A DNA stretch of 64,000 bases from Candidatus Omnitrophota bacterium (GCA_013177805.1 JABLXU010000039.1:6050-70049); one strand, 5' to 3'; shown: positions 31,323-42,535, counted from the first letter of the stretch. Made by a program: numbers and translations. The notes: generated by a model not told the origin, from the letters alone.

Positions 31323-32051
31323 ATGAATCATCCACTGCTTCTCCTTTCGTATCCTCAGCCATCGAATGGCAATTCCGGGCATTGGTTTGCCACCGTTTCG
31401 AAATGGCTTCAGGCCTTGCGACATTTGCATCGGGAGGCGGCTTTAGAATTCTGTCCCACGCTCCCAAAACAAGGACAATCTCTCCCAGAACAGCCCACGA
31501 TCGAAGAGATCGATTTTTTATTACAGAAGGCCGGCGAGGCAGGTTGCCGGTTCGGCTCCATCTATATCCCAGTCGATCTGGCTAAATCCGACGAGGGTTT
31601 GGGAGAAGAGATCTCCCGGGTTGACGGCTGGATCGACCTCGCCTCCTATGCCGAATTTCGCGCCGCCCGGCTCTCCCTGGAGCATCCGGAAACCCTAGCG
31701 CAGCCGGGTCCCCGGCGGATTCTGGAAAACATCATCGAATACATGGATGACATGGATCTCCAAGCCATCTTATTCATATCTGGATCCTCCCTGGCCTGGG
31801 GATCGGAATTCTTGAATCAATATCAAAAAAAGTTAAAACATCCCTTGGGTTTAGGTTTACCCTGGGAGGCGGCAGTCCGGCGCAGCGTCTCCGATCTCCA
31901 TCTCCGCCAGGTGACGGCGGTGAGTCTCGATGTCCCCCTGCCCCTTGATATGCCTGGCATCGAGCGTCAAGTCTTGGAAATTGAATCCCTCTTCGGTGAC
32001 GTCCAACCGATTTTGGTGGTCTGTCCGCGGGAAGGAGAAAAAGATTCCTGA
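31323..32051 (+). CDS. Hypothetical protein, possibly a degenerate xylose-isomerase-like TIM barrel
   Basis: 242-aa ORF; EEISRVDGWIDLA..ARL resembles sugar phosphate isomerase/epimerase helices, but no metal motifs are seen. Confidence 0.4.
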   Translation: MNHPLLLLSYPQPSNGNSGHWFATVSKWLQALRHLHREAALEFCPTLPKQGQSLPEQPTIEEIDFLLQKAGEAGCRFGSIYIPVDLAKSDEGLGEEISRVDGWIDLASYAEFRAARLSLEHPETLAQPGPRRILENIIEYMDDMDLQAILFISGSSLAWGSEFLNQYQKKLKHPLGLGLPWEAAVRRSVSDLHLRQVTAVSLDVPLPLDMPGIERQVLEIESLFGDVQPILVVCPREGEKDS

Positions 32052-32253
32052 AGGCTGGGAATAACCGGAAGGGTGGATCACCTGCTGAGCCGCTTGCATC
32101 AGGGTATTCTTTCATCCGGGCATTAGAGAGCAATCCGGTCATCCGGATTTGTACAATTCACTCCACGGCTTCCACGCTTTGGGGATGGATTTTTTACCAT
32201 TCCCTCCCTCTCCTTGGAGAATCCAACGTTTGGGAAAAATCTCCAATTCTTTA

Positions 32254-33390
32254 TCAAAAGCCCATCCATCGCAACCATTCTTCTACCCGCCGATTGTAGG
32301 TGTGCTCCCGCATGATCCGTTCCCGCCCCTGCTGGACGATCCGTTCGCGTTCTTCCGGATGCGCCAAGTAATAGACGGTCTTACGGCGCAGATCATCCAC
32401 ATCGCTCCAATACACCGCTTCTTTTCCCGGAACAAAATAGCGGCCGGCGGCCGGGACCCAGTCGGACAGGAGAAATCCCCCGGCCAAAGGGGCGTTGAAA
32501 TCCCGCTGGTTCAAGCTGCCCCGGCATTGCAGGCTGTGGATGTTGAGATTGACGGCGGACGACGCGAAAACCGCTGGCAATTCGTGCGCCGGATCGATGG
32601 GACCGCTGTAGCATCCGGCCAACGGCGTATCCTGGAGGAGGGATATCCAATCCTCGTTGCCGTAAATGCGCAGATCGAAATCGGCCAAGGACTGGACTAC
32701 CCGCAGCCGGTAGCGGTTGTTCGCTTCCCAATACAGATAATGGGCCACCGGCGGGGTGATTTGGATGCGTTTGCCCGGCGCGATGGGGTATTCATCCGCG
32801 AGTTCGAAAAAAGTTTTATGGCGGAATTGCAGTTGCAGATCGACAAGCCGGTCGACATAGATTTGCATCTCCGGAGCGAGCTGGGCCCGGCGTTCCACCT
32901 GACTGATGACCCCGCCGACGAAACTGACCTCACAAGCGAAGCGGGAATCCCGCGCGCCTGGCGTTTCGTGATCCGCCGCCACGGGAAAGAAACCGCAGAC
33001 CCGGGGGGAGAATCTTCGTAGATAATCCAGATAGGATTCATCGAAACAAAAGACATGTTCGAGCGGTTCGAACGGGCGGTCCACGAAAAAATGAGGATCA
33101 TCCAGGTACCAGACGAATTTTCGCGTGGTATACGGCCGCCGGTGGGGAGGGATCTCGAGGTATTCATAAAACTGCCCGGCGGATTGGTTGATCAGAAAAA
33201 TCCAGTCCGGCGCGTGCCGCTCGAGATGTTCGCGTAAAACGGCTTTGGAAGATGCTTCCAGGAGAGGGGCTTCAGCCAACGAGGTGGTCCAGCCGTGCCG
33301 CTCCAAGGCATGAAAAATACGGCGCTTGAATAAACCATAGCCCCGATCGGAGCGGTCACAATAGGACCACACAGAAGTCATGCCCCGCAC
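32254..33390 (-). CDS. Glycosyltransferase (CgeB-like / Glyco_trans_1_2)
   Basis: WYLDDP, VSFVG, IYGNEDW, NLNIH..LNQRDF..GGFLLSD, EHTYNRR. Confidence 0.82.
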   Translation of the reverse strand: MRGMTSVWSYCDRSDRGYGLFKRRIFHALERHGWTTSLAEAPLLEASSKAVLREHLERHAPDWIFLINQSAGQFYEYLEIPPHRRPYTTRKFVWYLDDPHFFVDRPFEPLEHVFCFDESYLDYLRRFSPRVCGFFPVAADHETPGARDSRFACEVSFVGGVISQVERRAQLAPEMQIYVDRLVDLQLQFRHKTFFELADEYPIAPGKRIQITPPVAHYLYWEANNRYRLRVVQSLADFDLRIYGNEDWISLLQDTPLAGCYSGPIDPAHELPAVFASSAVNLNIHSLQCRGSLNQRDFNAPLAGGFLLSDWVPAAGRYFVPGKEAVYWSDVDDLRRKTVYYLAHPEERERIVQQGRERIMREHTYNRRVEEWLRWMGF

Positions 33391-33540
33391 CTTCTCAAAC
33401 CATCCCGGGAAACTACAATCATTTTAGTCAACTTGGTTCTCACCACCCGGTTCGATATACTGTTCGATAAGTAAAACGATCGAATCCATCACGCCGGCAA
33501 TAGGGAATGGATCTCATTCTGACACCCGAGACAGATTATT

Positions 33541-35349
33541 GTGAAGTCAGTTCCAAAGCGTATTTTCGACTTTTTAGCCAGCCTTAAACTGGCGGTCATC
33601 TTACTCGTCGCCTTTGCCATCCTGCTGAGTTGGGCCACGATCCTCGAATCGAAAACCAGCACGGAAAATGTCCAGCGGCTGATCTATCAAACCCGCTGGT
33701 TCGATTTTCTGCTTTTCGTCCTGGGAGTCAACGTGTTTTGCGCTGCCATGAGCCGGTTTCCCTGGAAGAAGAGACATACGGGTTTCGTCATTACACACCT
33801 GGGCATTCTCATCATCCTTGCGGGATCCATGGTCACCCGGAAGTATGGCATCGAAGGGCAGTTGATACTTCAAGAAGGTCAAACATCCGACTCCATCCTG
33901 ATCAACGAAACCGTCCTCTCTGTCAAAGTGCCACGTATGAACGTCCAAGTGGAGTATGATCCCTGGTTTCTCAACCGCCCTATCCCGGAAGGGAAGGAAA
34001 TTCGCTATCCGGTAGGCGAAACGGGGATCGTCTGTTATGTGGAGCGGTACTTGCTCAATCCCCAACCTATCCAGCGGGTCACCGGCGGCGGCACGCCAGG
34101 GAATCCGGCGATTCAGTTGGGTTTGCACCAGGCGGGAATGAACGAAACCAGCACCGGTCCCTGGCTGATCGCCCGGGATCCCGCGCAGAACACCATGAAC
34201 CTTGGCCAAATGGCCCAAGTCCAATTCCGGCGCGTGGAAAGCCCGGCGGAATTGGAAGCCGCCCTCGCCCCGCCCACGAGTGAATCCACCCAAACCGTGG
34301 GGCAGGTGTTACTTCACCAGGCGGACGGCACCATAGTGCAAACCCTGTTGTTGGAGGATTTACTCAAAGAACCCAAAAAGTTTGAATGGAACCAGAAACA
34401 ATACACGGTTACAAACAAGGAATTCCTGCCGCGGGCTTCGATTCAGGATGGGCAATTGATCAACCGGGAGAGCGGCGCGTTCAATCCCGCCATCCGGTTC
34501 ACACTCGAAGGGCCGGAAGGCACGGAGGAGCATCTGGCTTTCTCCGAATTCCCCGATTTCGGCTCTATCCACGGGAAAGCCAATCCCAGCGGCCTGAGCG
34601 CGCGCCTCATTTATCCAAACGCCTCCAGTTCCGCTTCCACCAACCTGGTGACCCTTTTGGAAACGCCGGACGGCCAACTCCATTACCGCGCCACCAACAC
34701 GGCGGGCGGATTTTTGACGGGAACCATCCAGATCGGCAAACCATTTCAAACCACCTGGCCGCAGGTAATGCTTTCTGTGCAGCAATATATCCCCGACGCG
34801 CAGGTGACGGAGGAAATCATCGATCAGGGCCTCGGCGCAGCCGGTCCGCACAACAATCCCGCCCTGCAGGTCCGGGTGGAACATCAAGGCCAAAGCGTCA
34901 CTCGCTACGTGTCCTATGATAATCCCGTTACCCTTCTGGCCGGAGACGAACCATGCGTGATCGAATTCGGACGGAAACGCCACCCGCTCGGCTTCGCGAT
35001 TCACCTGATCGACTTCCAGGCGCCGCGCTATCCGGGCACCAACCGTCCCGCGAAATTTCAAAGCTTGGTGAAAGTGATCGATCCACAAAACCAAGTCGAG
35101 GAAGAAACCTTGATTTACATGAACAATCCGCTCGGATATAACCAATTTCTGGTTTATCAATCCAGTTACATCGAGGGCAAGAACGGCATGCCCGACACCT
35201 CAATCTTCAGCGTCGCGCGGGCGCCGGGCACACCCATCATCTACGTTGGTTCCACAGTCTTGTGCTTGGGCATGGTTATCATGTTCATTTCCCGCCGCAA
35301 AGCCCCGACCGTCCTTCCCCCACAATCCATTCCCCCCCAGGAGGCATAA
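33541..35349 (+). CDS. ccsB: Cytochrome c biogenesis protein ResB/CcsB (System II)
   Basis: LASLKLAV, IYQTRWF, THLGILIILAG, large periplasmic domain, MNNPL..YQSSY, C-terminal TM. Confidence 0.85.
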   Translation: MKSVPKRIFDFLASLKLAVILLVAFAILLSWATILESKTSTENVQRLIYQTRWFDFLLFVLGVNVFCAAMSRFPWKKRHTGFVITHLGILIILAGSMVTRKYGIEGQLILQEGQTSDSILINETVLSVKVPRMNVQVEYDPWFLNRPIPEGKEIRYPVGETGIVCYVERYLLNPQPIQRVTGGGTPGNPAIQLGLHQAGMNETSTGPWLIARDPAQNTMNLGQMAQVQFRRVESPAELEAALAPPTSESTQTVGQVLLHQADGTIVQTLLLEDLLKEPKKFEWNQKQYTVTNKEFLPRASIQDGQLINRESGAFNPAIRFTLEGPEGTEEHLAFSEFPDFGSIHGKANPSGLSARLIYPNASSSASTNLVTLLETPDGQLHYRATNTAGGFLTGTIQIGKPFQTTWPQVMLSVQQYIPDAQVTEEIIDQGLGAAGPHNNPALQVRVEHQGQSVTRYVSYDNPVTLLAGDEPCVIEFGRKRHPLGFAIHLIDFQAPRYPGTNRPAKFQSLVKVIDPQNQVEEETLIYMNNPLGYNQFLVYQSSYIEGKNGMPDTSIFSVARAPGTPIIYVGSTVLCLGMVIMFISRRKAPTVLPPQSIPPQEA

Positions 35350-35354
35350 ATCCT

Positions 35355-37025
35355 TTGAAACGCGCCATCCTCATCTTGATCCTTGGATTGAACGTCTGGT
35401 CCGCCGAGGGGATTGAATTCCCCGCAGGCCTCGATTTCGATTCGCTGCGCGGCATTCCCATTCAAGACAACGGGCGGTATAAACCCCTGGATACCTTCGC
35501 CGGGGAATCGTTGCGCGACATCACCGGCCGGTGGAAATTTCAAGGCCATGATCCCATTGGGTACCTGCTATCCTTCATGACCAGCGAGGATTGGTACAAC
35601 GAGAAGATCATCCGCATCGACTACCAACCCCTCAAAGAAGTCATGGGACTCAATCCGGCCCAGGTCCATTTCTCCTACAACGAACTGGTGGCCAACGATC
35701 AATTCCGCAAACTGTTCGACCGGGTCTCGCAAAAACACAGCCGCAATGAAGACAATTTCACCCGCCTGGAAAATGAATTCTCCAAGTTATACCACCAACT
35801 GACTTTGTTCCAATCCATCCAAACCGGTGAGGCGCTGACCGTCGTCCCGCCGGCAGGAACCGACGAAGAAGCCGCTTGGCTGTCGATCAACCATCCCCAC
35901 GGGTATCCGGCTGAAACCCAGGACGCGCTCAAAAAAACGTTTCTCCAAATTCTCGCCGCGGTCAAGAACCAGGACGCTGCCTTGTTCTCTCAAGCCGGGA
36001 GCGAACTCAAAACGCAATTGGCGAATCTCAATCCGGCTCTTTACCCCAATCGGCAGGTCATCCAATGGGAAATCGGATATAACCAAACCCGGCCGTTTCT
36101 GACCTCGTGGATCTACTATCTCACCGCGTTTGTGTTGTTGTTGGTCTCGTTCTTTTACACGAACCGCTATTTGTACTGGTTCTCGGTGATCATAGGCATC
36201 GTGGGATTTGGTTACAATACCTACGGATTGATCGTCCGCAGCCTGATTTCCGGCCGCCCCCCCGTGTCCAACATGTATGAATCGGTGGTCTTCGTGGGGT
36301 GGGGCATCATCCTGTTCGCCATCATTTTCGAACTGATCTACCGCCAGCGCTGGTTCATCACCACGGCCTGCGCGCTGGGCGTGGGCACGTTGATCATGGC
36401 CGATCTGCTGCCCTTCGATCCCGACATCGATCCTCTCGTTCCGGTCCTGCGCAGCAATTACTGGCTGATCATTCACGTGTTGACGATCACGCTCAGTTAC
36501 AGCGCGTTCGCCCTGGCGATGGGATTGGCGCACATTAACCTGGGCGTGTATTTCTATCTCCCTAACCGGCGCGACCTGCTCAACAACCTCAGCCTCTTCT
36601 TGTACCGCGTGCTGCAGGTGGGCGTCGTGCTGCTGGCCGCGGGCACGATTTTAGGCGGCGTGTGGGCCGCCGAGTCGTGGGGCCGTTTTTGGGGGTGGGA
36701 TCCCAAAGAGACCTGGGCGTTGATCTCGCTTCTGGGATATATGGCCATTCTGCATGCCCGCTACACCGATTGGGTCGCCAATTTCGGCACGGCAGTCTGT
36801 TCGATCATCGGTTTCTGGCTGATTCTGATGACCTGGTACGGCGTGAATTTCGTCCTGGGCACCGGGCTGCACAGTTACGGATTTGGTTCGGGCGGCGGAT
36901 GGTATGTGATCGGCTATTTGGGATTCGAAATTCTGTTCTTGGGCGTTGTCTCCTGGAAATATATGGCCGCCCAGGCCGCCCTACGCGGCATGGCTGCCAC
37001 GCAAGCGGTAACGGAAGGCTCATGA
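35355..37025 (+). CDS. ccsA: Cytochrome c biogenesis protein CcsA with N-terminal periplasmic extension
   Basis: TTG start at 35355; GRYKPLDT; PVSNMYES; PVLRSNYWL.IHV; WWD motif WAAESWGRFWGWDPKETW; GLHSY. Confidence 0.9.
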   Translation: MKRAILILILGLNVWSAEGIEFPAGLDFDSLRGIPIQDNGRYKPLDTFAGESLRDITGRWKFQGHDPIGYLLSFMTSEDWYNEKIIRIDYQPLKEVMGLNPAQVHFSYNELVANDQFRKLFDRVSQKHSRNEDNFTRLENEFSKLYHQLTLFQSIQTGEALTVVPPAGTDEEAAWLSINHPHGYPAETQDALKKTFLQILAAVKNQDAALFSQAGSELKTQLANLNPALYPNRQVIQWEIGYNQTRPFLTSWIYYLTAFVLLLVSFFYTNRYLYWFSVIIGIVGFGYNTYGLIVRSLISGRPPVSNMYESVVFVGWGIILFAIIFELIYRQRWFITTACALGVGTLIMADLLPFDPDIDPLVPVLRSNYWLIIHVLTITLSYSAFALAMGLAHINLGVYFYLPNRRDLLNNLSLFLYRVLQVGVVLLAAGTILGGVWAAESWGRFWGWDPKETWALISLLGYMAILHARYTDWVANFGTAVCSIIGFWLILMTWYGVNFVLGTGLHSYGFGSGGGWYVIGYLGFEILFLGVVSWKYMAAQAALRGMAATQAVTEGS

Positions 37026-37140
37026 TCCGTCCGCGTCATACAATCAATCATCTTGATCTCTTTATCTGAACATCCTTCTTATCTGAACAACCTTCGGGAG
37101 AATATCCTAGGCCGCTGTTCCCATCCCAGACCATCCTTTT

Positions 37141-37701
37141 TTACCTTGCCTTGCCTAATGTGAAGCGATCCCGTTCCGTATAAACCGGGCCGGAAGGCTG
37201 GAGCACGCTCTCCATCAACGAAAACGATTCCACCCGTAAAGTACCCAGCGCCAGATCCTGGTACCTCTCTGGATTCTTGAAAAACACCTTCATGTGGCGG
37301 TTGCCGCGCCCAATGGTCAGATGCGCCGAGAACGGCTTGCGGTCGAAACCCACCTTCGAGTTTTCCAACGCGCCGCGGATCTGCTTCTCCAACTCGCTTA
37401 AGGAAGCCGCCCCCTCCCGGCAGCCGATCCACAATACCGACAGGGAACCGCGCGGCGGAAACTGCCCAACCCCGCCCAACTCGATGACAAACGGCCGCAT
37501 CCGCTCCCCCACAGGCCGCAGGCACGCTTGCAATTGGGGAACAGATTCCACTGGAATGTCACCTAGAAATTTCAACGTCAGGTGGCAATTCTCTGCCCGC
37601 GTCCACCGGATGCCCGAGACCGCGGGAGTTAAAATTTTTTGGATTTTTTCGATGGAATCCTTCAACGGTTGATCCAAATTCACCGAGATGAACGCCCGCA
37701 T
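37141..37701 (-). CDS. thpR: RNA 2',3'-cyclic phosphodiesterase (2H phosphoesterase)
   Basis: HLTLKFLG and FSAHLTIGR motifs; MRAFI start; GPVY. Confidence 0.9.
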   Translation of the reverse strand: MRAFISVNLDQPLKDSIEKIQKILTPAVSGIRWTRAENCHLTLKFLGDIPVESVPQLQACLRPVGERMRPFVIELGGVGQFPPRGSLSVLWIGCREGAASLSELEKQIRGALENSKVGFDRKPFSAHLTIGRGNRHMKVFFKNPERYQDLALGTLRVESFSLMESVLQPSGPVYTERDRFTLGKAR

Positions 37702-37918
37702 GAGAATGATCCTTCTGGATAAAACCCGGTCTTAATTTTTAATATCATCCGCTTTTTTTATTCTCCCCCGGAGTTCTAGGGTATCCATCCGGGAGAGTAT
37801 TTCTCTTCCCCATGATCTCCCGTCTTATTGGAAGACCTGAGTCCGCCGATTCATGTGTTCCTGCTTGACCGGAACAGGTTACTCTTCTTACTATTCCTCC
37901 AGCAAAGGAGATTTGTCA

Positions 37919-39835
37919 ATGCAATGGATTCTCTGGCCGGGCGTCCTCGGATTGGGGGCCGCGGCGCAATATTTCATCCTGCGTCACCAGATTCTGACCG
38001 GCTTACTATTGTACCTTCTCGGCGGCGCCCTGCTTTCTTTCGGGTGCAGGCGGGAGCGGCTTCCTCAGCCCGGTGACCGTGGCGCGATAAATCCCTCAGA
38101 CTCGGTCCAAAAGAAAGCCCTTCTCCAACTGATCCTGGTTCTCCTAGGCTTGGCGGCCGCGGGCATGGCCATGGCCTGGGTGTGGTCTGGCTCGCGGCCT
38201 GATTCTGCCCATCCCAGGCATTTGACTTATGCCTTGTTTAGTTGGCTCGTCTTTCTTTTTTTTGGATTTTTTGCGTTTGGATTGCGTCTATGGAATGACA
38301 TCCGCCTGGAAACCCGGTGGTCCCTGGCGCCTCTCCTGGCGCTGATGGGTCTCTCGCTCACGTTGGGCCTTTTCCGCCTCACGGCCGTGCCCTTCACGGT
38401 TCATGGGGACGAGGGCATGGTTGGTCTCCACGCCCGCCAAATCCTGGAAGGCAAAATCGACACGTTTTTTTCCACCTCGTGGTATGCCATTCCCCAGTTT
38501 TTCTTCGCGGTGCCCGCGGGAGGACTTTATCTTTTGGGGGACAATCTCCTGGGTTTGCGCGCGAGCGCGGTCTGCGTGGGGACACTCAGTGTCATCCCCT
38601 TCTATTTTCTCGTCCGGGGATGGTGGGGGCCGAAATCCGCGTTATTCGCCACGCTGGCGCTCATTACCAATCACTGGTTCATCCATCTCCTGCACTGCGG
38701 GGTGAATTACGTGCAGGTTTCGTTTTTCACCACCACCCTGCTGGCGGTTTGGGCGTACGCCCATCACCACCAGTCCCTGAGCGCGTGTGTGGGCGCGGGC
38801 CTCGTAATGGGGTTGGGTTTAATGTCCTACCAGGCCAACCATCTGCTGCCTTTTTTGTGGATTGTTTCACAAGCGTGGGCCTGTCTGCTGCATCGCCCTC
38901 CGGCGCGCTGGCTGGTGGCGTCCACCGGCGTCCCGCTGGGCGTCGCGGCCTTGGTCTTGGCTCCCTTGCTGGTCCACGATTACACCCGCACGGGCCAGAC
39001 CGGCATGTTCCAGAACCGCGCGCAGGGCGTAGTGGCCTGGACGCCGGATAACCTGCGTCACCTGGATTTGGTCTATCATGCGGACGGCGACACCTCATGG
39101 ATCTTCCGCCGGCAAATGGAGAGGGCCTTCCTCTCGCCCATCCTCTACTCCGACACCAGTATGCAATACAATGGTCAGGCTCCGTTTTTGGATCCCGTGA
39201 TGGCGGTCTTGTTCATGCTCGGCGCGGTAACGGCCGCTTTCCGCTTTTACGACATCCGCTGGTCACTCCCGGCGGGATGGATCGTGGGGATTCTGTTGGC
39301 GGGTGGCGTGCTGACCGTGGACGCGCCCTTTTTCCCCCGCTTGGCCGGCGCGGCCGCGCTGTTGTTTTTACCCGTGGCCGGCGTCATGTCCCTCGGACTC
39401 AGGGAAGACCGTATCTCCTTGAAATCCATCCCGGTCCTGATTTTAGCCATGGCTGTGTTGGCGGCGGGGGGAATCAATCTGCGCCATTATTTCGTGACCT
39501 ACGCGCGGACCATTGATCCCGCCAGCATTCATTATGCCCAAACCGGCCTGGCCTACGCGGTGAAAGAGCGCGATCCGGCGGAATATGCTTACGTATTTCG
39601 CGGACCGCATTTCTCGTTCGGCAGCGGCACCGTCCAGTTCTTGGCCAAGGGGCATCGGGGCGGGGATATCGACCATCTCCCGGACTCCCTGATCTCCAAC
39701 CGATTTTATTTCGTTGTGGAGGAATCGCAGTCCAAGTGGCTGCCCACCTTGAAAGAACGGTTCCCCGGTTATACGATTCGTGAATATAAAAATCCTCAAG
39801 GACTACGGCTTTTCACTACATTGACGCCGGATTAA
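37919..39835 (+). CDS. GT-C fold membrane glycosyltransferase (GT39/PMT-like)
   Basis: Many TM helices; HGDE motif after the N-terminal helices; AAGGAG RBS before ATG 37919. Confidence 0.72.
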   Translation: MQWILWPGVLGLGAAAQYFILRHQILTGLLLYLLGGALLSFGCRRERLPQPGDRGAINPSDSVQKKALLQLILVLLGLAAAGMAMAWVWSGSRPDSAHPRHLTYALFSWLVFLFFGFFAFGLRLWNDIRLETRWSLAPLLALMGLSLTLGLFRLTAVPFTVHGDEGMVGLHARQILEGKIDTFFSTSWYAIPQFFFAVPAGGLYLLGDNLLGLRASAVCVGTLSVIPFYFLVRGWWGPKSALFATLALITNHWFIHLLHCGVNYVQVSFFTTTLLAVWAYAHHHQSLSACVGAGLVMGLGLMSYQANHLLPFLWIVSQAWACLLHRPPARWLVASTGVPLGVAALVLAPLLVHDYTRTGQTGMFQNRAQGVVAWTPDNLRHLDLVYHADGDTSWIFRRQMERAFLSPILYSDTSMQYNGQAPFLDPVMAVLFMLGAVTAAFRFYDIRWSLPAGWIVGILLAGGVLTVDAPFFPRLAGAAALLFLPVAGVMSLGLREDRISLKSIPVLILAMAVLAAGGINLRHYFVTYARTIDPASIHYAQTGLAYAVKERDPAEYAYVFRGPHFSFGSGTVQFLAKGHRGGDIDHLPDSLISNRFYFVVEESQSKWLPTLKERFPGYTIREYKNPQGLRLFTTLTPD

Positions 39836-39844
39836 CCAACTTCC

Positions 39845-40477
39845 ATGGCATCCACGCTGAAAGTTTTCTACCAAAACGCTTTTCATCATTTAAAAACCAC
39901 CGGCTCCATCGCTCCCAGCTCGCGTTTTTTGGCTCAGGCGATGATCAAGCATGTCAAACATCAGGGGAAGCCGCTGTGCATTCTGGAAGCAGGACCGGGC
40001 ACCGGCCCGTTCACCAAACGCATCGCCGCGCTCATCGACGAGCAGGACCACCTGGATCTTTGCGAACTAAACGAGCAATTCGTGGAGTATTTAAAACAAA
40101 TGATCCAAGAGAATCCCAAGCTCAACCGGCACAAAACACAGATTGAAATTCACCACAAGCCGGTCCAGGAACTGACGGGAGAAAACCGGTATGATTACAT
40201 CATCTCGGGATTGCCGTTCAACAATTTCGAGCCGGAACAAGTGCGGGAGATCCTGGATAAATACAAACGGCTGCTCAAACCGGAAGGCACACTCAGTTTT
40301 TTTGAATACGCAGGCATCCGCCCCCTCAAACCCTTCCTCACCCACGGCCGGGAAAAAGCCCGGGTGAAAGCCGTGGACAGCATCCTGCGTGAATTTCTTG
40401 GGCAATATGAAAAAGAGCGGATTTGGGTGCCATGGAATTTGCCGCCGTCTATTGTTCACATCTGCCGGTTTCAATGA
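39845..40477 (+). CDS. Class I SAM-dependent methyltransferase (phospholipid/ornithine-lipid N-methyltransferase-like)
   Basis: TGSIAPSSRFLA, LEAGPGTG, IISGLPF, NLPP. Confidence 0.85.
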   Translation: MASTLKVFYQNAFHHLKTTGSIAPSSRFLAQAMIKHVKHQGKPLCILEAGPGTGPFTKRIAALIDEQDHLDLCELNEQFVEYLKQMIQENPKLNRHKTQIEIHHKPVQELTGENRYDYIISGLPFNNFEPEQVREILDKYKRLLKPEGTLSFFEYAGIRPLKPFLTHGREKARVKAVDSILREFLGQYEKERIWVPWNLPPSIVHICRFQ

Positions 40478-40498
40478 CACGGCGGGTGTTTCCCCGGC

Positions 40499-42535
40499 TT
40501 ACGAGGGAGGCCAGCCCGACATCCCTTCACTGGGATCAGCCATGGGATTGTCAATCACCTGCTGTAACACGTTGACCACGTCGGGATCGTACGAGCGTTT
40601 CCCCAAGCGGGAGATGATCCGCATGATTTTTTCAGACGCTTCCCGGCTGGGCCGCCCTTCTCCTCCCCACCGGTGCAATAAAGTCGCGCAGGCATTGGCC
40701 ACGGCGATGATCCGGGAGCCGAGAGGAATTTGGTTGCCGTGGAGCCCGTCGGGAAACCCCTCTCCGTTCCAGGCCTCATTCACGTGATACACAATGTCCC
40801 CCACTTCCTTGGGCAAGCCCAGGGATTGAACGAAGCGCAGGCTCAATTCCGCCTTTTTCTGCTGCATTTTGTGGAACGACAGTTCCTTCTGGTCCGCCCC
40901 CAAAAGTCCTGAATCATGCAGAAGCGCCGCGTACGTGATATGTTGGTACAAGGATTCGGGCAGATTCATGGCGCGGGCGATGCGCTGCGCCCACAGGCAG
41001 GTTTGCACGGTGATGCCGGGGATCCCGGGATCCTGGGTTTCGATCAGGTTGGCGATGCTTTTGAGGGCATTGACCGTGATGGTCCGTTCGCCTTCGTGCA
41101 AGCGCGCGTTTTTAATGGCCAGCACCGCCTGTTCCGAGAAGGTCATGAGAATTTCGCGGTCGCCGGGAGTGAAATCCATTTCTTTGTCGGCCACGGTGAT
41201 CACCCCTTCGACTTCTTGATCGAACATGGCCACCGCCAGGTAGGAATCCTCGTAATAGATCTCGCCGCCGCTCCGCCAGGGCGGGGGGGTTTTCTCTTTT
41301 GGATGATATAAATACGGATTGTAATGTTCGGCCACCCATCCTGGCAGCCCCACCCCCAAGGGCAAGGGCTTCTGCCCCACTTCGTTCTCCTCCAACCCCA
41401 GGCAAATCACGGGAATGAGCCGTTGGTTGGGTTGATCGTAATACATGATGGAGCATTTCCGGACTTTCAACAATTGGCGGGCCAGCTGACCGATCCGGGG
41501 CAACAGTTCCTTGGTGGTAATGGCGGGGCTGGTCATGCGGTGCACTACATGAATCGTGCTGAGGGCCTTGCGGTTTTTTTCGATCCGTTGGAGGGTCAAT
41601 GCGTTGCCCAGCGCGGCGGCGCCGCTGGTGGCCAGCAGACGGATAAGATCCATCTTCGTATCCGAAAACGGCAAAAGCCGGTCCACCAACGAGACGAAGA
41701 CCCCCACAAGGTCCCTCTCCCGGTAGAAAGGCACCGCCACGCAAACCGTGTAATCCGGGGGCGTCTGGAAGCCGTGTTCGCGCAACTCTTTTTCCAACCA
41801 TTGGCGCAGAGGCTCTTCCTTTGCCAGTTCCACGATCCACTCCGTGCCCGGGGGCACCTGCTCGGTGAATTGGTACCGGGTGACCTCCACGTTACGCAAT
41901 TTCAAGAGGCTGGAAGGATACTGGCACACCCCGGCCGGATACAATTCCCCATCCTGGTTGCACAGCAGAATCAAGCCGCCGGTCAGGCTGAAGGCACTGC
42001 ACAGTTCGCGCAGGACCCGCTGCAGCAAATCGTCCAAGTTGACCACGGTGATGGTTTCCGACCAGACGGTATGGACCAATTCAAGGTCGTCATGATCTTC
42101 CAGCGCTCCCGAAATTAACGATAAGTACCCATGCACCACCCGGATCACATGCGGCAACAAGCCGGATTGCGGCGCGGACACGTGGCACATACCCAGCCCG
42201 CCGATAAACCGGTTGCGGTGCCAGCAACCGGCCAAGCCTTGGCCGTACCCTTCCCCGCACTCCACAAGGCCCGCCGGACCGGAATCCGCGCCGGGCGGGA
42301 CAATCACATAGCCTTGCTCCTTCACCAATGGCAAGAAGGATTCCGCTCCCGGCCGGAGCGGGCAAAGCGTATCGTTTCCCCGAAGCGGGAACGGCCCCTG
42401 GTTCCAGGCCTCATCCACCATCCACCACCGGGCGCCCGGCAAAAGCGGACTCATTCCATGATACAAATCGAGAAGATACGGATTCTGAACAATGTCCTTG
42501 AAATGGATATGATGCGGAAATTCATATTTATTCAT
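40499..42535 (-). CDS. GAF-GAF-HD-GYP-like protein (degenerate phosphodiesterase)
   Basis: Two GAF-like segments (GLPGWV, AVLAIKNARL), ALLHDSG, WNGEGFPDGL, IPLGSRIIAVAN; start ATG 42535 overlaps the glnD end. Confidence 0.78.
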   Translation of the reverse strand: MNKYEFPHHIHFKDIVQNPYLLDLYHGMSPLLPGARWWMVDEAWNQGPFPLRGNDTLCPLRPGAESFLPLVKEQGYVIVPPGADSGPAGLVECGEGYGQGLAGCWHRNRFIGGLGMCHVSAPQSGLLPHVIRVVHGYLSLISGALEDHDDLELVHTVWSETITVVNLDDLLQRVLRELCSAFSLTGGLILLCNQDGELYPAGVCQYPSSLLKLRNVEVTRYQFTEQVPPGTEWIVELAKEEPLRQWLEKELREHGFQTPPDYTVCVAVPFYRERDLVGVFVSLVDRLLPFSDTKMDLIRLLATSGAAALGNALTLQRIEKNRKALSTIHVVHRMTSPAITTKELLPRIGQLARQLLKVRKCSIMYYDQPNQRLIPVICLGLEENEVGQKPLPLGVGLPGWVAEHYNPYLYHPKEKTPPPWRSGGEIYYEDSYLAVAMFDQEVEGVITVADKEMDFTPGDREILMTFSEQAVLAIKNARLHEGERTITVNALKSIANLIETQDPGIPGITVQTCLWAQRIARAMNLPESLYQHITYAALLHDSGLLGADQKELSFHKMQQKKAELSLRFVQSLGLPKEVGDIVYHVNEAWNGEGFPDGLHGNQIPLGSRIIAVANACATLLHRWGGEGRPSREASEKIMRIISRLGKRSYDPDVVNVLQQVIDNPMADPSEGMSGWPPS

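Noticed and set aside
37710-37800. ykkC/guanidine-I-like words (GGATAAAACCCGG, CTAGGG)
   Set aside because: The motifs are in the wrong order and the supporting helices are missing.
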